This document shows positions 52,159-61,480 of a stretch of 64,000 bases of DNA, piece by piece. How positions within the stretch are numbered: the stretch's first letter is position 1; every line of letters begins with the position of its first letter. Position numbers and translations under genes: made by a program. This DNA is from an uncultured Verrucomicrobiae bacterium. GTDB lineage: Bacteria; Verrucomicrobiota; Verrucomicrobiia; Chthoniobacterales; JAATET01. Under the pieces are notes generated by a model. The model was given only the letters and a program-made list of their open reading frames with translations. It did not search any database and was not told where the DNA came from. The stretch lies in the NCBI GenBank assembly GCA_963719495.1, contig CAVRCI010000002.1:736001-800000 (forward strand), read 5' to 3'.

Positions 52159-52932
52159 TCAGAGTCCGATCTGCTTCAGGAAATCCGTGGGCACGGGCGC
52201 CTTGATGCGTCCGATGAGAGCGTAGTATTTCAGCGGGACGCCTTCCATGGAGAGTCGGTGCACGTAGCGCTCGAGGTGGCAGACCTGCAGATATTCCGAG
52301 AAGATGAGCTCGCGGACGAAGACGGAGAATCCGGATTTGTCCGAGCGGTCGAGGAAGGTCTCTTTGATGTTGAAGGCGACCCAGCCACCGGTCGTGATGA
52401 ATTGCAGCGCCTGGACGAACGCCGCGGTGGGAATGTCGCCGAACCCGAGCGCGGCGACGGAGGTGAGGCAATCGAAGTTCCATTCGTGGAGCTCGCGTTT
52501 TTGGTCCTCGTTCAGATTGGTGAAATCGGAGATGAGGTAGTCGTCGTAGGCGGTCGGCCGGTCGCGGTAGGCGGCCCGGCGGGCCGACTCGATGATGTCG
52601 GCGCCGACGATTCGGGAGGCACCGTGGCAGCGGAGTTCGTCGGCCATCATGCCGTTGCCCGCGCCGAGATCGAGGGTGCGGAGTTCGCTCATTCCGAGCC
52701 ATTCGGCGCGAAGACTGGCCTCGAGCAGGTCGCAAACCTTGCGGGGTGAGCAGCACTTGAGGCGCTCGTAAAACAGCTGCTCGTAGAGGCCGGGGCGCTC
52801 GTAGATTGCTTCATAGTCGTGGAACCGAATGCGTTGTTTCGAGTCTCCTTCGATGAGATTGAAGAAGGCGGTGTCCTGGCTGAGATCGTGTTCCTGGCTG
52901 GACGGAAACTGGATTCGGTGGCGAGTGAGCAT
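52159..52932 (-). CDS. Class I SAM-dependent methyltransferase
   Basis: TLDLGAGNG, VGADI, FDCLTSVAAL, GGWVAF. Confidence 0.88.
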   Translation of the reverse strand: MLTRHRIQFPSSQEHDLSQDTAFFNLIEGDSKQRIRFHDYEAIYERPGLYEQLFYERLKCCSPRKVCDLLEASLRAEWLGMSELRTLDLGAGNGMMADELRCHGASRIVGADIIESARRAAYRDRPTAYDDYLISDFTNLNEDQKRELHEWNFDCLTSVAALGFGDIPTAAFVQALQFITTGGWVAFNIKETFLDRSDKSGFSVFVRELIFSEYLQVCHLERYVHRLSMEGVPLKYYALIGRIKAPVPTDFLKQIGL

Positions 52933-53223
52933 ACGGATATTGTGAGGGTGACTGGCGGTAAGAGTGCTGATCTTTGGTTTGGATTCCCGGCTGGAAGTCG
53001 GGGGACGAGCTTCGAGTTGCTCGTAGAAACCAGCTCGCGAGATTGGGACCCGAATCCGGAACCGCAAGGGTAATAAATTCGGACGGCAGCGTAATGACCT
53101 CGTTTTGGGGGGGGAACCGCTTCGCTCGGGCAAGGATGTCCGGACTTAAAAAATGCGCTTTGTGAGCCCAGCTCGACGAGCGTGCTTGCACCGTTGCCCG
53201 GACCGCAGATAGCTATCCAGTAT

Positions 53224-54024
53224 ATGATACGGCAAATTACTTTTACGGCGCTCGCGCTGACGGCCTGGTTCGGAACGTCACTGCTCCGTGCGGAGACCGT
53301 GGCGTATTTCCACACTTGGGACGACGACCTCTCCGTCCTGCGGAGCGAAGCGATGGAGCCTGGGCAGCGAAGCACGGCGGGTGGCGCCGAGGTTGAAATC
53401 TTCAAGCTCGGTGAACACCGCGTTGTGGCGGCGAAAGTCGGTGCCGGCGACGTCGCCGCGGCCGTGATCGCTCAGGGTGTGTTGACGAAGTTTCCCTGCT
53501 CCCGGGTCATCTCGGTGGGGCCGGTCGGCGCTCTGGAGGGAGCGGCTAAGATCGGCGCGTGGTTTTTCGTGGAGCGGGTCGTGGCGTATCAGCGGGGGAC
53601 CGAGGATGCCGGAGGATTCTTGTTGGCCCGGGCTGCGACGCAGACGTTGACGGTGCTGGAAGCCGGTGGAGGTGTGAGAAAACTGCCGCGCCTGGTGGTC
53701 GCGAGCGGTGAAGTTTTCAGCGGGTCGAATGCCTTTCGCGCCGAGGTGCGGGGGCGGAGTGACGCGGACGCGATCGACATGAACCTCTTCGGGTTGGCCG
53801 CCGCGGCTCGCGCTCACGACGTGCCGATGACGGCGCTCCGCGTGATCAGCAATCACGCGGGTGACGGGGCGGGCGTCGAATTTGGGAGGTTTTCCCGGGA
53901 TTACGACGGTGAGGGTGGGCGACTTGCGGTGGCGCTGATTCGGAGCCTCTCCGCGGAAGATGGGGAGCGGGTTGCGGAGGGCATTTCAGAAATCGATCCG
54001 TCGAACGAATCCTCGGCGGAATAG
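53224..54024 (+). CDS. MTA/SAH nucleosidase-like (PNP/UDP phosphorylase fold) protein with signal peptide
   Basis: VISVGPVGAL, VASGEVF, AIDMN, ALRVISNHA. Confidence 0.7.
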   Translation: MIRQITFTALALTAWFGTSLLRAETVAYFHTWDDDLSVLRSEAMEPGQRSTAGGAEVEIFKLGEHRVVAAKVGAGDVAAAVIAQGVLTKFPCSRVISVGPVGALEGAAKIGAWFFVERVVAYQRGTEDAGGFLLARAATQTLTVLEAGGGVRKLPRLVVASGEVFSGSNAFRAEVRGRSDADAIDMNLFGLAAAARAHDVPMTALRVISNHAGDGAGVEFGRFSRDYDGEGGRLAVALIRSLSAEDGERVAEGISEIDPSNESSAE

Positions 54025-54056
54025 TTTTCGGAGGAAGTTCAATTAAACCAGTTCTT

Positions 54057-54150
54057 GAAAATATCGGGATTCTCACGCGAAGGCGCGAAGGCGCGAAAAG
54101 GTCTCAAATGCGACGGATTCTTCGCGCCTTCGCGTGAGTCTGATTATTTA
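54057..54150. repeat. REPIN-like unit, copy 2
   Basis: Similar to 56932-57033 and rc of 47488-47586. Confidence 0.8.
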
Positions 54151-54162
54151 TTCGGTTTGGAA

Positions 54163-55110
54163 TTAGTCCGAGTTTGAGCGCGAGGGGCGGCCCGGGCCGG
54201 GTCCGGCTCCCGGTCGGCGGTTGCCGCGGCGTTCGAAGCTGGGGTCGGGGGTGCCGCGGAAAAAACGGGGGACGTAGGGATAATCGGCGGTGATGACGTA
54301 GTAGTAGGTGCCGTCGGGGAATTCGGGCGTCGGGGCGGTGCGGCCATTGCACTCGTCGAGATCGCCGGACTCGGCGACGTATTCGAAATCCTCGTCGTAG
54401 GTGCCGTCGTAGTCTCCGCCGGGCGAGTCGGCCGGGCGCTCGCCGGTTTTCATTCGATACCTGGACTCGAGCGCGACGATCTCGCTGGACGGGTCTTCGG
54501 GGTCGCGGGGTGCGAGTGGTCCGTAGATCGGAAATCCATCCGCCGCCCAGCCGAGGAGGGTCATTTTCCTTTCGTCCGTGAGCAGCGGCTTCGGGATGCC
54601 GTGGTAGTGGTAGGCTCCGTTGGGCTGGACGTGGGCGTGGTTTTCGTCGAGGCCGAGGTTGCGCTGGACCGGGTTGGCGGCTTCGCGCCAGCCGGATTCG
54701 CGGTCGTCCTTCCAGAATCCGGCCGTGAAGGGATCGAAGGTGACACCGTTGATCGCCACGCCGAAGGGCTGGCGGTCGTAGGGCGTCGGGGTCGGATTGG
54801 CGACGGGCTCGAGGGGCACGCGGAAATGGTAATCCTGGCTGGTGATCGCGTTGGGATTACCGCGACCGGGAAACTGGCCGGTCTCGTGATTTGGCAGGCC
54901 GTTTGCGACGATGGCCCGGTAGCCGTCGCTTTCGGTGATCGTGACGCTGGACTCGGTGCCGGGTGCCGGTGTGGCCGATGAGCCGCTCGATTGAGCCGAG
55001 TGATCCGGGTGGCCAGGATGGGCGGCGCACGGGAGCGCCAGGGCTGCGAAGAGCGCGGTGGCAGTGCGCCAACGGTTTGGCCGAAAAAGGGAGGAAATGG
55101 ATGTCGACAT
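54163..55110 (-). CDS. YHYH-domain secreted protein
   Basis: GVAINGV, HAHVQPNGAYHYHG, GWAADGFPIYG, GDLDECNG. Confidence 0.9.
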   Translation of the reverse strand: MSTSISSLFRPNRWRTATALFAALALPCAAHPGHPDHSAQSSGSSATPAPGTESSVTITESDGYRAIVANGLPNHETGQFPGRGNPNAITSQDYHFRVPLEPVANPTPTPYDRQPFGVAINGVTFDPFTAGFWKDDRESGWREAANPVQRNLGLDENHAHVQPNGAYHYHGIPKPLLTDERKMTLLGWAADGFPIYGPLAPRDPEDPSSEIVALESRYRMKTGERPADSPGGDYDGTYDEDFEYVAESGDLDECNGRTAPTPEFPDGTYYYVITADYPYVPRFFRGTPDPSFERRGNRRPGAGPGPGRPSRSNSD

Positions 55111-55315
55111 TAAATTGGAGCGATGTCCGTTCAACCCGGGTGGCCCCGGAAAGTTGCGGGGTGCTCCGGACGACGGATCGAATGATGGTGGAGGGGTTTT
55201 GGGGGCCTGATCAACGACCGAAAACGACGAGGAAAGTTCAAAACCCCGGACATCCCGCTCGAGGCTCATGTTTTTGGCGTGACATTTCCCACACCGAACG
55301 GCTTATTCCTTAGCC

Positions 55316-55627
55316 ATGACTTGGCTGCTCATTGCTGGTGGGATGATGGTGACTTCGGTCACCACCACGGAAACCACCACGTTCCCCGACATGTATAACC
55401 ACACCCTGCTGGGCGAAGAGATTCTCGCTGAGAAGGTGGTCACCCGCAATCGCTGGGGCACGCCGATGCTGCCGGACGGCAAGGGCGGCTACAGCCTGAT
55501 CGCTCCGATCAACGAGGAATACATCGCCCGCAGCCTCGTGATCCCGCCGAAGACGACGGGCGTCGCCTACCGCCCACTGCCCGCGTTCACGGCTCCAGCC
55601 GCGGCTCCGGTGATCGTCAATCCTTAG
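55316..55627 (+). CDS. Hypothetical protein
   Basis: 103-aa ORF with host-like codon pattern, followed by a terminator. Confidence 0.65.
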   Translation: MTWLLIAGGMMVTSVTTTETTTFPDMYNHTLLGEEILAEKVVTRNRWGTPMLPDGKGGYSLIAPINEEYIARSLVIPPKTTGVAYRPLPAFTAPAAAPVIVNP

Positions 55628-55658
55628 GGTTTCTTGGGAAAATTCTCAGTGGATTTGC

Positions 55659-55698
55659 AATCCCGCGGTGAGTTGTCTCGCCGCGGGATTTTCTTTTT
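55659..55698 (+). terminator. Rho-independent terminator
   Basis: AATCCCGCGGTGAG-TTGT-CTCGCCGCGGGATT followed by TTCTTTTT. Confidence 0.7.
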
Positions 55699-55711
55699 GG
55701 ATGGAGTGCCG

Positions 55712-56629
55712 ATGCGACGGATGGTGACGGCTCGATGGGTGACCTTGGTCTTGGTGATGCTGGCGGGATGCGGGGTTTCGTCGGTCTGGGCGGTGGACGC
55801 GATCCAGCTCAAGACGGGGGAGTTGGTTTACGGCGACATCGTGAGTGCGACGGAAGCGGATCTGGTGATCGTGATGGACTATGGGGTTCACCGTTACCGC
55901 ATGGACGAGATCGACCGGATCTCGGCGGACGACGGGAAAGTGACGTTACCGGACGCCGAGCGGGAGAAGACTCGGCGGAAATTCCCCAGTTGGCGGGCGA
56001 TTTACGGGCGTTTGATTCAAATGCCGTGGGGCACGGACGCGCACCAGGCTCCCGCGGCCGTGATCACCGAGGGGGTGCTCAACGGAGTGCCCTACACGTC
56101 GTATCGGAGCGCGGCGGGCAAATACGAAATGAACATCTACGGCGATCCGGATTCGCCAGCGGCGGTTGAGATCGGGGTTTACGATGAGCTGATTGGGAGC
56201 ATCGAGGCGCAGCAGAATTGCCGGGATTTCATCGCGGGGTTGTTGGATTTTCCGCCCGACGCCGACGCTGTCATGGAACTTGATCCCGCCGGGGGACGGA
56301 CGGAGCGCGGGAATCTGCGGATCGAGATCACGCCGCCGGGAGCACCGGGGAGTTACGGCGGGTGGTGGGTGTTGGCGAGTCGGCCGAAGGCGCTTGATGC
56401 GACGCGGGCGACGCCGACGGAGATCGACGCGATTTCCGAGCCGGTGCGGGAGGCGCGGAAGGGCGAGGCCGGGTGGACGCGCGAGGAGATGAAGGGATTT
56501 CGTGGGACCGGGGAGGATTCCGACCGGGTGTTCGACCGGGGGTTTTATCGGAACGCGGCGGGGGAATACGCGAGTGGAACGACGAATCCGGAGCCGAAAT
56601 CGTGGTGGCAGCGGGTGTTTGGTCGGTGA
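55712..56629 (+). CDS. Hypothetical secreted protein
   Basis: Signal-like N-terminus and DAIQLKTGELVYGDI motif. Confidence 0.7.
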   Translation: MRRMVTARWVTLVLVMLAGCGVSSVWAVDAIQLKTGELVYGDIVSATEADLVIVMDYGVHRYRMDEIDRISADDGKVTLPDAEREKTRRKFPSWRAIYGRLIQMPWGTDAHQAPAAVITEGVLNGVPYTSYRSAAGKYEMNIYGDPDSPAAVEIGVYDELIGSIEAQQNCRDFIAGLLDFPPDADAVMELDPAGGRTERGNLRIEITPPGAPGSYGGWWVLASRPKALDATRATPTEIDAISEPVREARKGEAGWTREEMKGFRGTGEDSDRVFDRGFYRNAAGEYASGTTNPEPKSWWQRVFGR

Positions 56630-56637
56630 GGTGAGGG

Positions 56638-57174
56638 TTCTCACGCGTGGGCGCGGAGGCGCGGAGAAGATTCTCAAAATCACCCGGCACCCCTCCCGGA
56701 CTTGTCATGTTGAGAACCACGAACGCGCAAGCGCGTCAAGAAGCCGGGGATGACAGGGCGGCGCCAGCCGACCCCATCTGGCATTCGGAGGGCAGCCGGA
56801 GCGAAGCGGAGACAGTCGGGATACTTCCGACAACGCTCCTGCCGAGCCGTGGCTTTCACGTCCGACGCCGCCTCACCTGAAGCGATGTCATTGGCAGCGA
56901 AGCGAAACATCTCTGGTTAATACCATTTCAAGAAAATATCTGGATTCTCACGCGAAGCCGCGAAGCCGCGAAAAGGTCTCAGATGCTACGTATTCTTCGC
57001 GCCCTCGCGGCTTCGCGTGAGTCTGATGATTTACTGGGTTTGGTATAACACCCGTTCGGTGGACGCAGATGCAGTGTAAGCCAGAGATCCTTCACTTCGT
57101 TCAGGATGACAGTTTGGGGCTTTATAAGGCTTCGCAACCTCTTCTCCGCGCCTCCGTGCCCTCCGCGTGAGAAT
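56638..57174. repeat. Nested inverted-repeat complex (three repeat types)
   Basis: Outer arms 56638-56669 / 57141-57174; middle arms 56886-56916 / 57081-57111; inner unit 56932-57033. Confidence 0.8.
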
Positions 57175-57215
57175 CGTATCCGTATCACCCAAAATCGATT
57201 GGCGGGCGCCTCGAC

Positions 57216-57235
57216 TATCGTGTAATTACACGATA
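57216..57235. promoter_or_regulatory. Perfect 20-bp palindrome, putative LexA operator
   Basis: TATCGTGTAATTACACGATA, overlapping the A of the lexA ATG. Confidence 0.7.
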
Positions 57236-57867
57236 TGGAGCGATTGACGGAGAAGCAGGCGCGGATTGCGCGGGTGATCGGGGCCTTCGAGGACCGGGGG
57301 GAACCGGCTTTCGTGCCGGATCTGGCGCGGGCCTTGGGGTTGGCGGGGGAGAGTAGTCTCACGCCGACGTTGCGGATCCTCGTGCGCGAGGGTTGCGTGA
57401 CGATGCGGGGTGGCGGGAGCAAGGGGCGGTCGCGGGTGGTGCGTTTGACGCCGCGGGGCCGCTACGCGGTGGCGCTGGGTGGGGTGCCGCTGCTGGGATC
57501 GATCCCGGCGGGGCCGCTGGCGGAGGCGATTCCGGAGGATGTGCTCGAGGAGCGGGAGCTGCTGGCGGTGCGACCGGGGGACTTTCTGCTGCGGGTGCGG
57601 GGGGATTCGATGATCGGCGATGGGATCATGGACGGGGACAAAGTGCTGCTGCGGCCGGAGGTCGCGGCGCGGTCGGGGGAGATCGCGGCGGTGCTGGTGG
57701 GCGACTCGCACGAGGCGACGCTCAAGCACGTGATCCCCGATCCGAAGCGGGGGTTGGTAATCCTGCGGGCGAGTAATCCGTTCTACGTGGACGTGCGGGT
57801 GCCGGTGGAGGAGGTGCGGATCGCGGGGGTCTTTCGTGGGTTGGTGCGAAACGTGGTGGAGGGGTGA
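57235..57867 (+). CDS. lexA: LexA-family repressor (S24 peptidase) with a divergent HTH
   Basis: LGSIPAG cleavage site, RVRGDSM (Ser), EATLK (Lys). Confidence 0.9.
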   Translation: MERLTEKQARIARVIGAFEDRGEPAFVPDLARALGLAGESSLTPTLRILVREGCVTMRGGGSKGRSRVVRLTPRGRYAVALGGVPLLGSIPAGPLAEAIPEDVLEERELLAVRPGDFLLRVRGDSMIGDGIMDGDKVLLRPEVAARSGEIAAVLVGDSHEATLKHVIPDPKRGLVILRASNPFYVDVRVPVEEVRIAGVFRGLVRNVVEG

Positions 57868-57913
57868 GTTTTGAACGGAGCACCGGAGGCTGGGAGCACC
57901 GGAGGCTGGGAAG

Positions 57914-58054
57914 GCTCGGGGCAGACGCCATCGGCTCTGCGATGGTGCCCGAAGGGCGAGACGCTTGGGAAAGCGCGAGTCCACGCTCGGGGCAGACTGC
58001 ATCGGCTCTGCGATGCAGCCCGAAGGGCGAGACGAGCGGGAGCGAGCGAGTCAA
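57914..58054. repeat. Two tandem copies of the structured multi-hairpin repeat
   Basis: Match to 3228-3297. Confidence 0.85.
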
Positions 58055-58282
58055 CACAGCACAACTTTCAAAATGGGTGATGGGTTTGAGCTTCGCTTGG
58101 GGTTGGGTCGGCGATTGGAAATCGCCGCTCCTCGAGGGGGCGGCTCTCTCGCTTCGCTCGATTTGCCGGGTGCCGCGGCGGGACGCCGCGGCTTGCACGC
58201 GGGGACGCGTGCGCTCCCCAACTTCGGCGGCTGGAGCCGGAGCAAAGCGGAGACAGACGAAGTCAACCCGCCGCTCCTTGAA

Positions 58283-58957
58283 ATGAATTCGGATAAGATC
58301 ATTCAGTTTGAAGCGCTTCGGGCGAAGCTGGCGGCGGATTTTCCGGCTCCTCCGGCGGAGAATGGCGGGCGGGTGCCGACTGGCGTTGCCGCGTTCGATG
58401 GTTCGGCGGGTGGGTTGCGCCGGGGGGCGGTGAGCGAGTTTGCGGGGTCGCTGGGTTCGGGGTCGCTGTTCTTGGAGGTGTTCTTCGCGGCGGCGCGGGC
58501 GGCTCGGTGTCCGGTTGGTCTCGTGGATGGTGGGTGTTCGTTCGAGCCGGGGGATTGGGATCCGGTTCTTTTGCGGCGGGTGCTGTGGGTGATGGCGGCG
58601 GAGGGGCGTCAGGCTCTCAAGGCGGCGGATCTGCTGCTGCGGGACGGGAATTTGCCGATGGTGGCGCTGGATTTGCAGGGGCTGCCGGAGGCGGAGGTGC
58701 GGCGGATCCCGGCGAGCACGTGGCACCGGTATCAGCGGGTGGCGGAGGGGACGGAGACGGTGTTCGTGGTGGTGACGCGGCGTCCGCTGGTCGAGGGGGC
58801 GCGGGTGCGGATGGTCGCGGGATCGCGCTGGGGCCTGGAGGCGATGCGGCTGCTTCGGAGCGAGCTGGTGGCGCGGATGGAGGTGCGGGTGACAGAGCGG
58901 GTCGTGGCGGGGCCGGTGGAGGCAGTGGAATCGGGCGAAAGGCGGTGGTCGGCGTGA
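58283..58957 (+). CDS. imuA: ImuA-like RecA-fold accessory protein
   Basis: VPTGVAAFD…GLRRGAVSE, LVDG..SFEP, ALKAADLLLRDGNLPMVALD; position in the cassette. Confidence 0.82.
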   Translation: MNSDKIIQFEALRAKLAADFPAPPAENGGRVPTGVAAFDGSAGGLRRGAVSEFAGSLGSGSLFLEVFFAAARAARCPVGLVDGGCSFEPGDWDPVLLRRVLWVMAAEGRQALKAADLLLRDGNLPMVALDLQGLPEAEVRRIPASTWHRYQRVAEGTETVFVVVTRRPLVEGARVRMVAGSRWGLEAMRLLRSELVARMEVRVTERVVAGPVEAVESGERRWSA

Positions 58958-59064
58958 GGGGGGGGATATTTATGATTTATGATTTACGATTGATGATTTT
59001 GGGAGAAGTCCCGGTGATATCGGGTCAAGCTTCTCTCAACTTTCGACTCGCAACTTTTAACTTC

Positions 59065-59511
59065 TCACTCAGGCAGCTCCAGGCCTTCGGCCTTGGCGAG
59101 GGTTCGTTGGTTTTCGTCGAAGGTGAGGAAGACGCCGGCTTCGAGCTGGAGGGCGGTGGCGACGTGGAGGATGTCGAAGGCGCGGTGGCCGCCGACGAGG
59201 GTGTGCGTGGCGGAGAGGCGTTTGGCCTCGGCGAGGACGGCGGGGAGGCTGACGGCGGCGATGGCGATGCGCTCACCTACGATATCGACTTCGAGATCGT
59301 GGATGATGCGATGAGCCTCTTCGACGGTCTGAAAGCCGCGGCAGGCTGCGAACCTCATGGCGTTGGTGAATTCGTAGAGAATCAGCTCCGAGACTCGGAT
59401 GCGTCGAGCGTAGGACGCGGCGATGGTGCGGGCGCGCTCGGAGTGGACTTCTGTTTTGTAGAGGGAGACGAGGAAGCTGGTGTCGCAGCAGACCGGGCGA
59501 AAGGCTACCAC
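59065..59511 (-). CDS. VapC-family PIN toxin
   Basis: CDTSFLVSLY, RAFDILHVATA, FLTFDENQ. Confidence 0.88.
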   Translation of the reverse strand: MVAFRPVCCDTSFLVSLYKTEVHSERARTIAASYARRIRVSELILYEFTNAMRFAACRGFQTVEEAHRIIHDLEVDIVGERIAIAAVSLPAVLAEAKRLSATHTLVGGHRAFDILHVATALQLEAGVFLTFDENQRTLAKAEGLELPE

Positions 59512-59756
59512 TTGCCGCTGGCCTCTTCGCGGATGATGCGGGATTCCTCCTCGGTGAGCATGCGCTCGTTGGTGCGATCGCGGGTGAAGGCGGCGCTCTT
59601 CGACCAGTCGACGAAATCGTCGGCGCGGTCGTTCTCCGGCACGAGGCGGGCGATGTTTTTGCCCCGGCGGGTGATGATGATTTCTTCGCCGGCTTCGATC
59701 CACTTGAGGAGGTCGGCGTAATGATTGCGAAGGTCGCGGACGGTGGCGGTGCGCAT
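59505..59756 (-). CDS. Phd/YefM-family antitoxin
   Basis: MRTATVRDLRNH…GEEIIITRRGKNIARLVP; palindrome GCTACA-AAG-TGTAGC just upstream. Confidence 0.9.
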   Translation of the reverse strand: MRTATVRDLRNHYADLLKWIEAGEEIIITRRGKNIARLVPENDRADDFVDWSKSAAFTRDRTNERMLTEEESRIIREEASGKW

Positions 59757-59905
59757 GGTGCTACAAAGTGTAGCGAAATCGGGGGCGGGTCAATGGGGGG
59801 AATGAAGGGGATTGCGGATTTCGGATTGCGGATTGCGGATTGGTTGGGTGGGGCGGCCTCTTTCGACTTGGGACTTTCGACTTTCGACTCTTCACCTCTC
59901 CCGCC

Positions 59906-61480
59906 ATGCACGCGGTGATTTTGCTGCCGAAGTTCCGCCTGCAGGCCGTGCTGCGGTGGCGGGAGGCGGGTGGGCCGGTGGCGGTGGTCGACGGGGACGC
60001 GACCCGGGGGGTGGTGCTCGACGCCACGGATGCGGCAGTGGCGTTTGGTGTGGGGCCGGGGGTGCCGGTGGCTCAGGCGATGGCGCGGTGCGAATCATTG
60101 CGGGTGCTGGCCCGGGTGCCGGCGCAGGAGCGGGCCTGCAATGGGGCGTTGATCGAGGCGGCGCTGGCGTTTTCGCCGAAGGTGGAGTGGACGGCTGACG
60201 GGGTGGCGACGGTGGATCTGTGGAACGCGTCGCGGGCGGTGTGCTGGCAGCAACAGGCGGAGCGGATGATCGGGCGGCTGGCGGCGGTGGAACTCCGGGG
60301 TCGGGTCGGGGTGGCGAAGAATCCGGATCACGCGATGCTGGCGGCGCGGTGCGCGAGTCACGGGGAGCCGGTGTGCGTGGTGCGGGACGCGGGGGAATTT
60401 TTTGCGCGGCTGCCGATGAGCGCGCTGGTGCCGGGGGGCGAGGTGGCGGAGGTGCTGGCGGATTGGGGGGTGCGGACGGTCGGGGAGTTCGCGAAACTGC
60501 CGAAGACTCAGGTGATCGAGCGGTTGGGGCCGGAGGCGGGGTTGATGTGGCAGCGGATCGCGGGGCGGAGCAAGCGGGTGCTGCGGCTGGTGACGCCGCC
60601 GGAGGAATACATGGAGGCGTTCGAATTCGAGATGCCGGTGGAGACGACGGAGCCGCTGCTGTTTCTGCTGCGGCGGTTCGTGGATTCACTGGGGTCGCGG
60701 CTGCGGGAGGCGGGGCGCGTGGCGGGGCGGATGACGCTCACGCTGCCGGTGGACGGGGGTGAGGAGGTGCGGCGGGTCTTTGCCGTGCCGGCTCCGACGA
60801 CGGACGCGGAGGTGCTTTTCCGCATCCTCGACACGTATTTGGAGACGTTGCGGCTGGAGGGGCAGCCGAAGGGGGTGAGGCTGGAGATCGGGGCGGAGCG
60901 GCCGATGAACTGTCAGCTGCAGTTGTTCGGTCAGGGTCTGCGGGACCCGAATCGGTTCGGCGAGACGCTGGCGCGCTTGCAGGCGGTGGTCGGGGAGGGG
61001 TGCGTGGGCGTGCCGCGGGCGGCGGATTCGCACCGACCGGGGGCCTACGAATTGGTGGGGACGGAAACTCTCGATCTCGACGAGGAGAGCGACGCGGTGG
61101 TGAGTGAATCGCCGGTCGGGTTGCCGCTGCGGCGGGCGCGGGGCGGCGGGGTGGAGATCCGGCGGGAGGACGTGGTGCGGGCGGTGGGGCCTTACCGGAC
61201 GTCGGGGGATTGGTGGGACGTGGGGTGGGAGGTCGAGGAGTGGGACGTGGAATTGCGGAGCGGCGAGGTCGTGCGCGTGGCGCGGCGCGGGGAAGCGTGG
61301 GTGGTGGAGGGGGGGTATGAGGGTCGGAAGGTCGCAGGTCAGGAAGGTCAGAAGGTCCAAAGTGGGGAATTCGGTGGGAGCGATTCGGCTCGCTTCGCAT
61401 TGCCGGGTGCTGCGGCGGGACGCCGCAGCTCGCACGCGGGGACGCGTGCGCTCCCCATGCAAAAAGGAGGTGCGGCTTGA
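59906..61480 (+). CDS. imuB: ImuB, inactive Y-family polymerase homologue
   Basis: GVGPGVPVAQAMARC, FSPKVE, WGVRTVGEFAKLP, GPYRTSGDWW; C-terminal tail comes from repeats. Confidence 0.88.
   Translation: MHAVILLPKFRLQAVLRWREAGGPVAVVDGDATRGVVLDATDAAVAFGVGPGVPVAQAMARCESLRVLARVPAQERACNGALIEAALAFSPKVEWTADGVATVDLWNASRAVCWQQQAERMIGRLAAVELRGRVGVAKNPDHAMLAARCASHGEPVCVVRDAGEFFARLPMSALVPGGEVAEVLADWGVRTVGEFAKLPKTQVIERLGPEAGLMWQRIAGRSKRVLRLVTPPEEYMEAFEFEMPVETTEPLLFLLRRFVDSLGSRLREAGRVAGRMTLTLPVDGGEEVRRVFAVPAPTTDAEVLFRILDTYLETLRLEGQPKGVRLEIGAERPMNCQLQLFGQGLRDPNRFGETLARLQAVVGEGCVGVPRAADSHRPGAYELVGTETLDLDEESDAVVSESPVGLPLRRARGGGVEIRREDVVRAVGPYRTSGDWWDVGWEVEEWDVELRSGEVVRVARRGEAWVVEGGYEGRKVAGQEGQKVQSGEFGGSDSARFALPGAAAGRRSSHAGTRALPMQKGGAA

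Noticed and set aside
48575..52932. Ergothioneine or glutathione biosynthesis cluster
   Set aside because: No egtB, egtC, EgtD-type methyltransferase or gshB; the partners are ProA and a nitrilase
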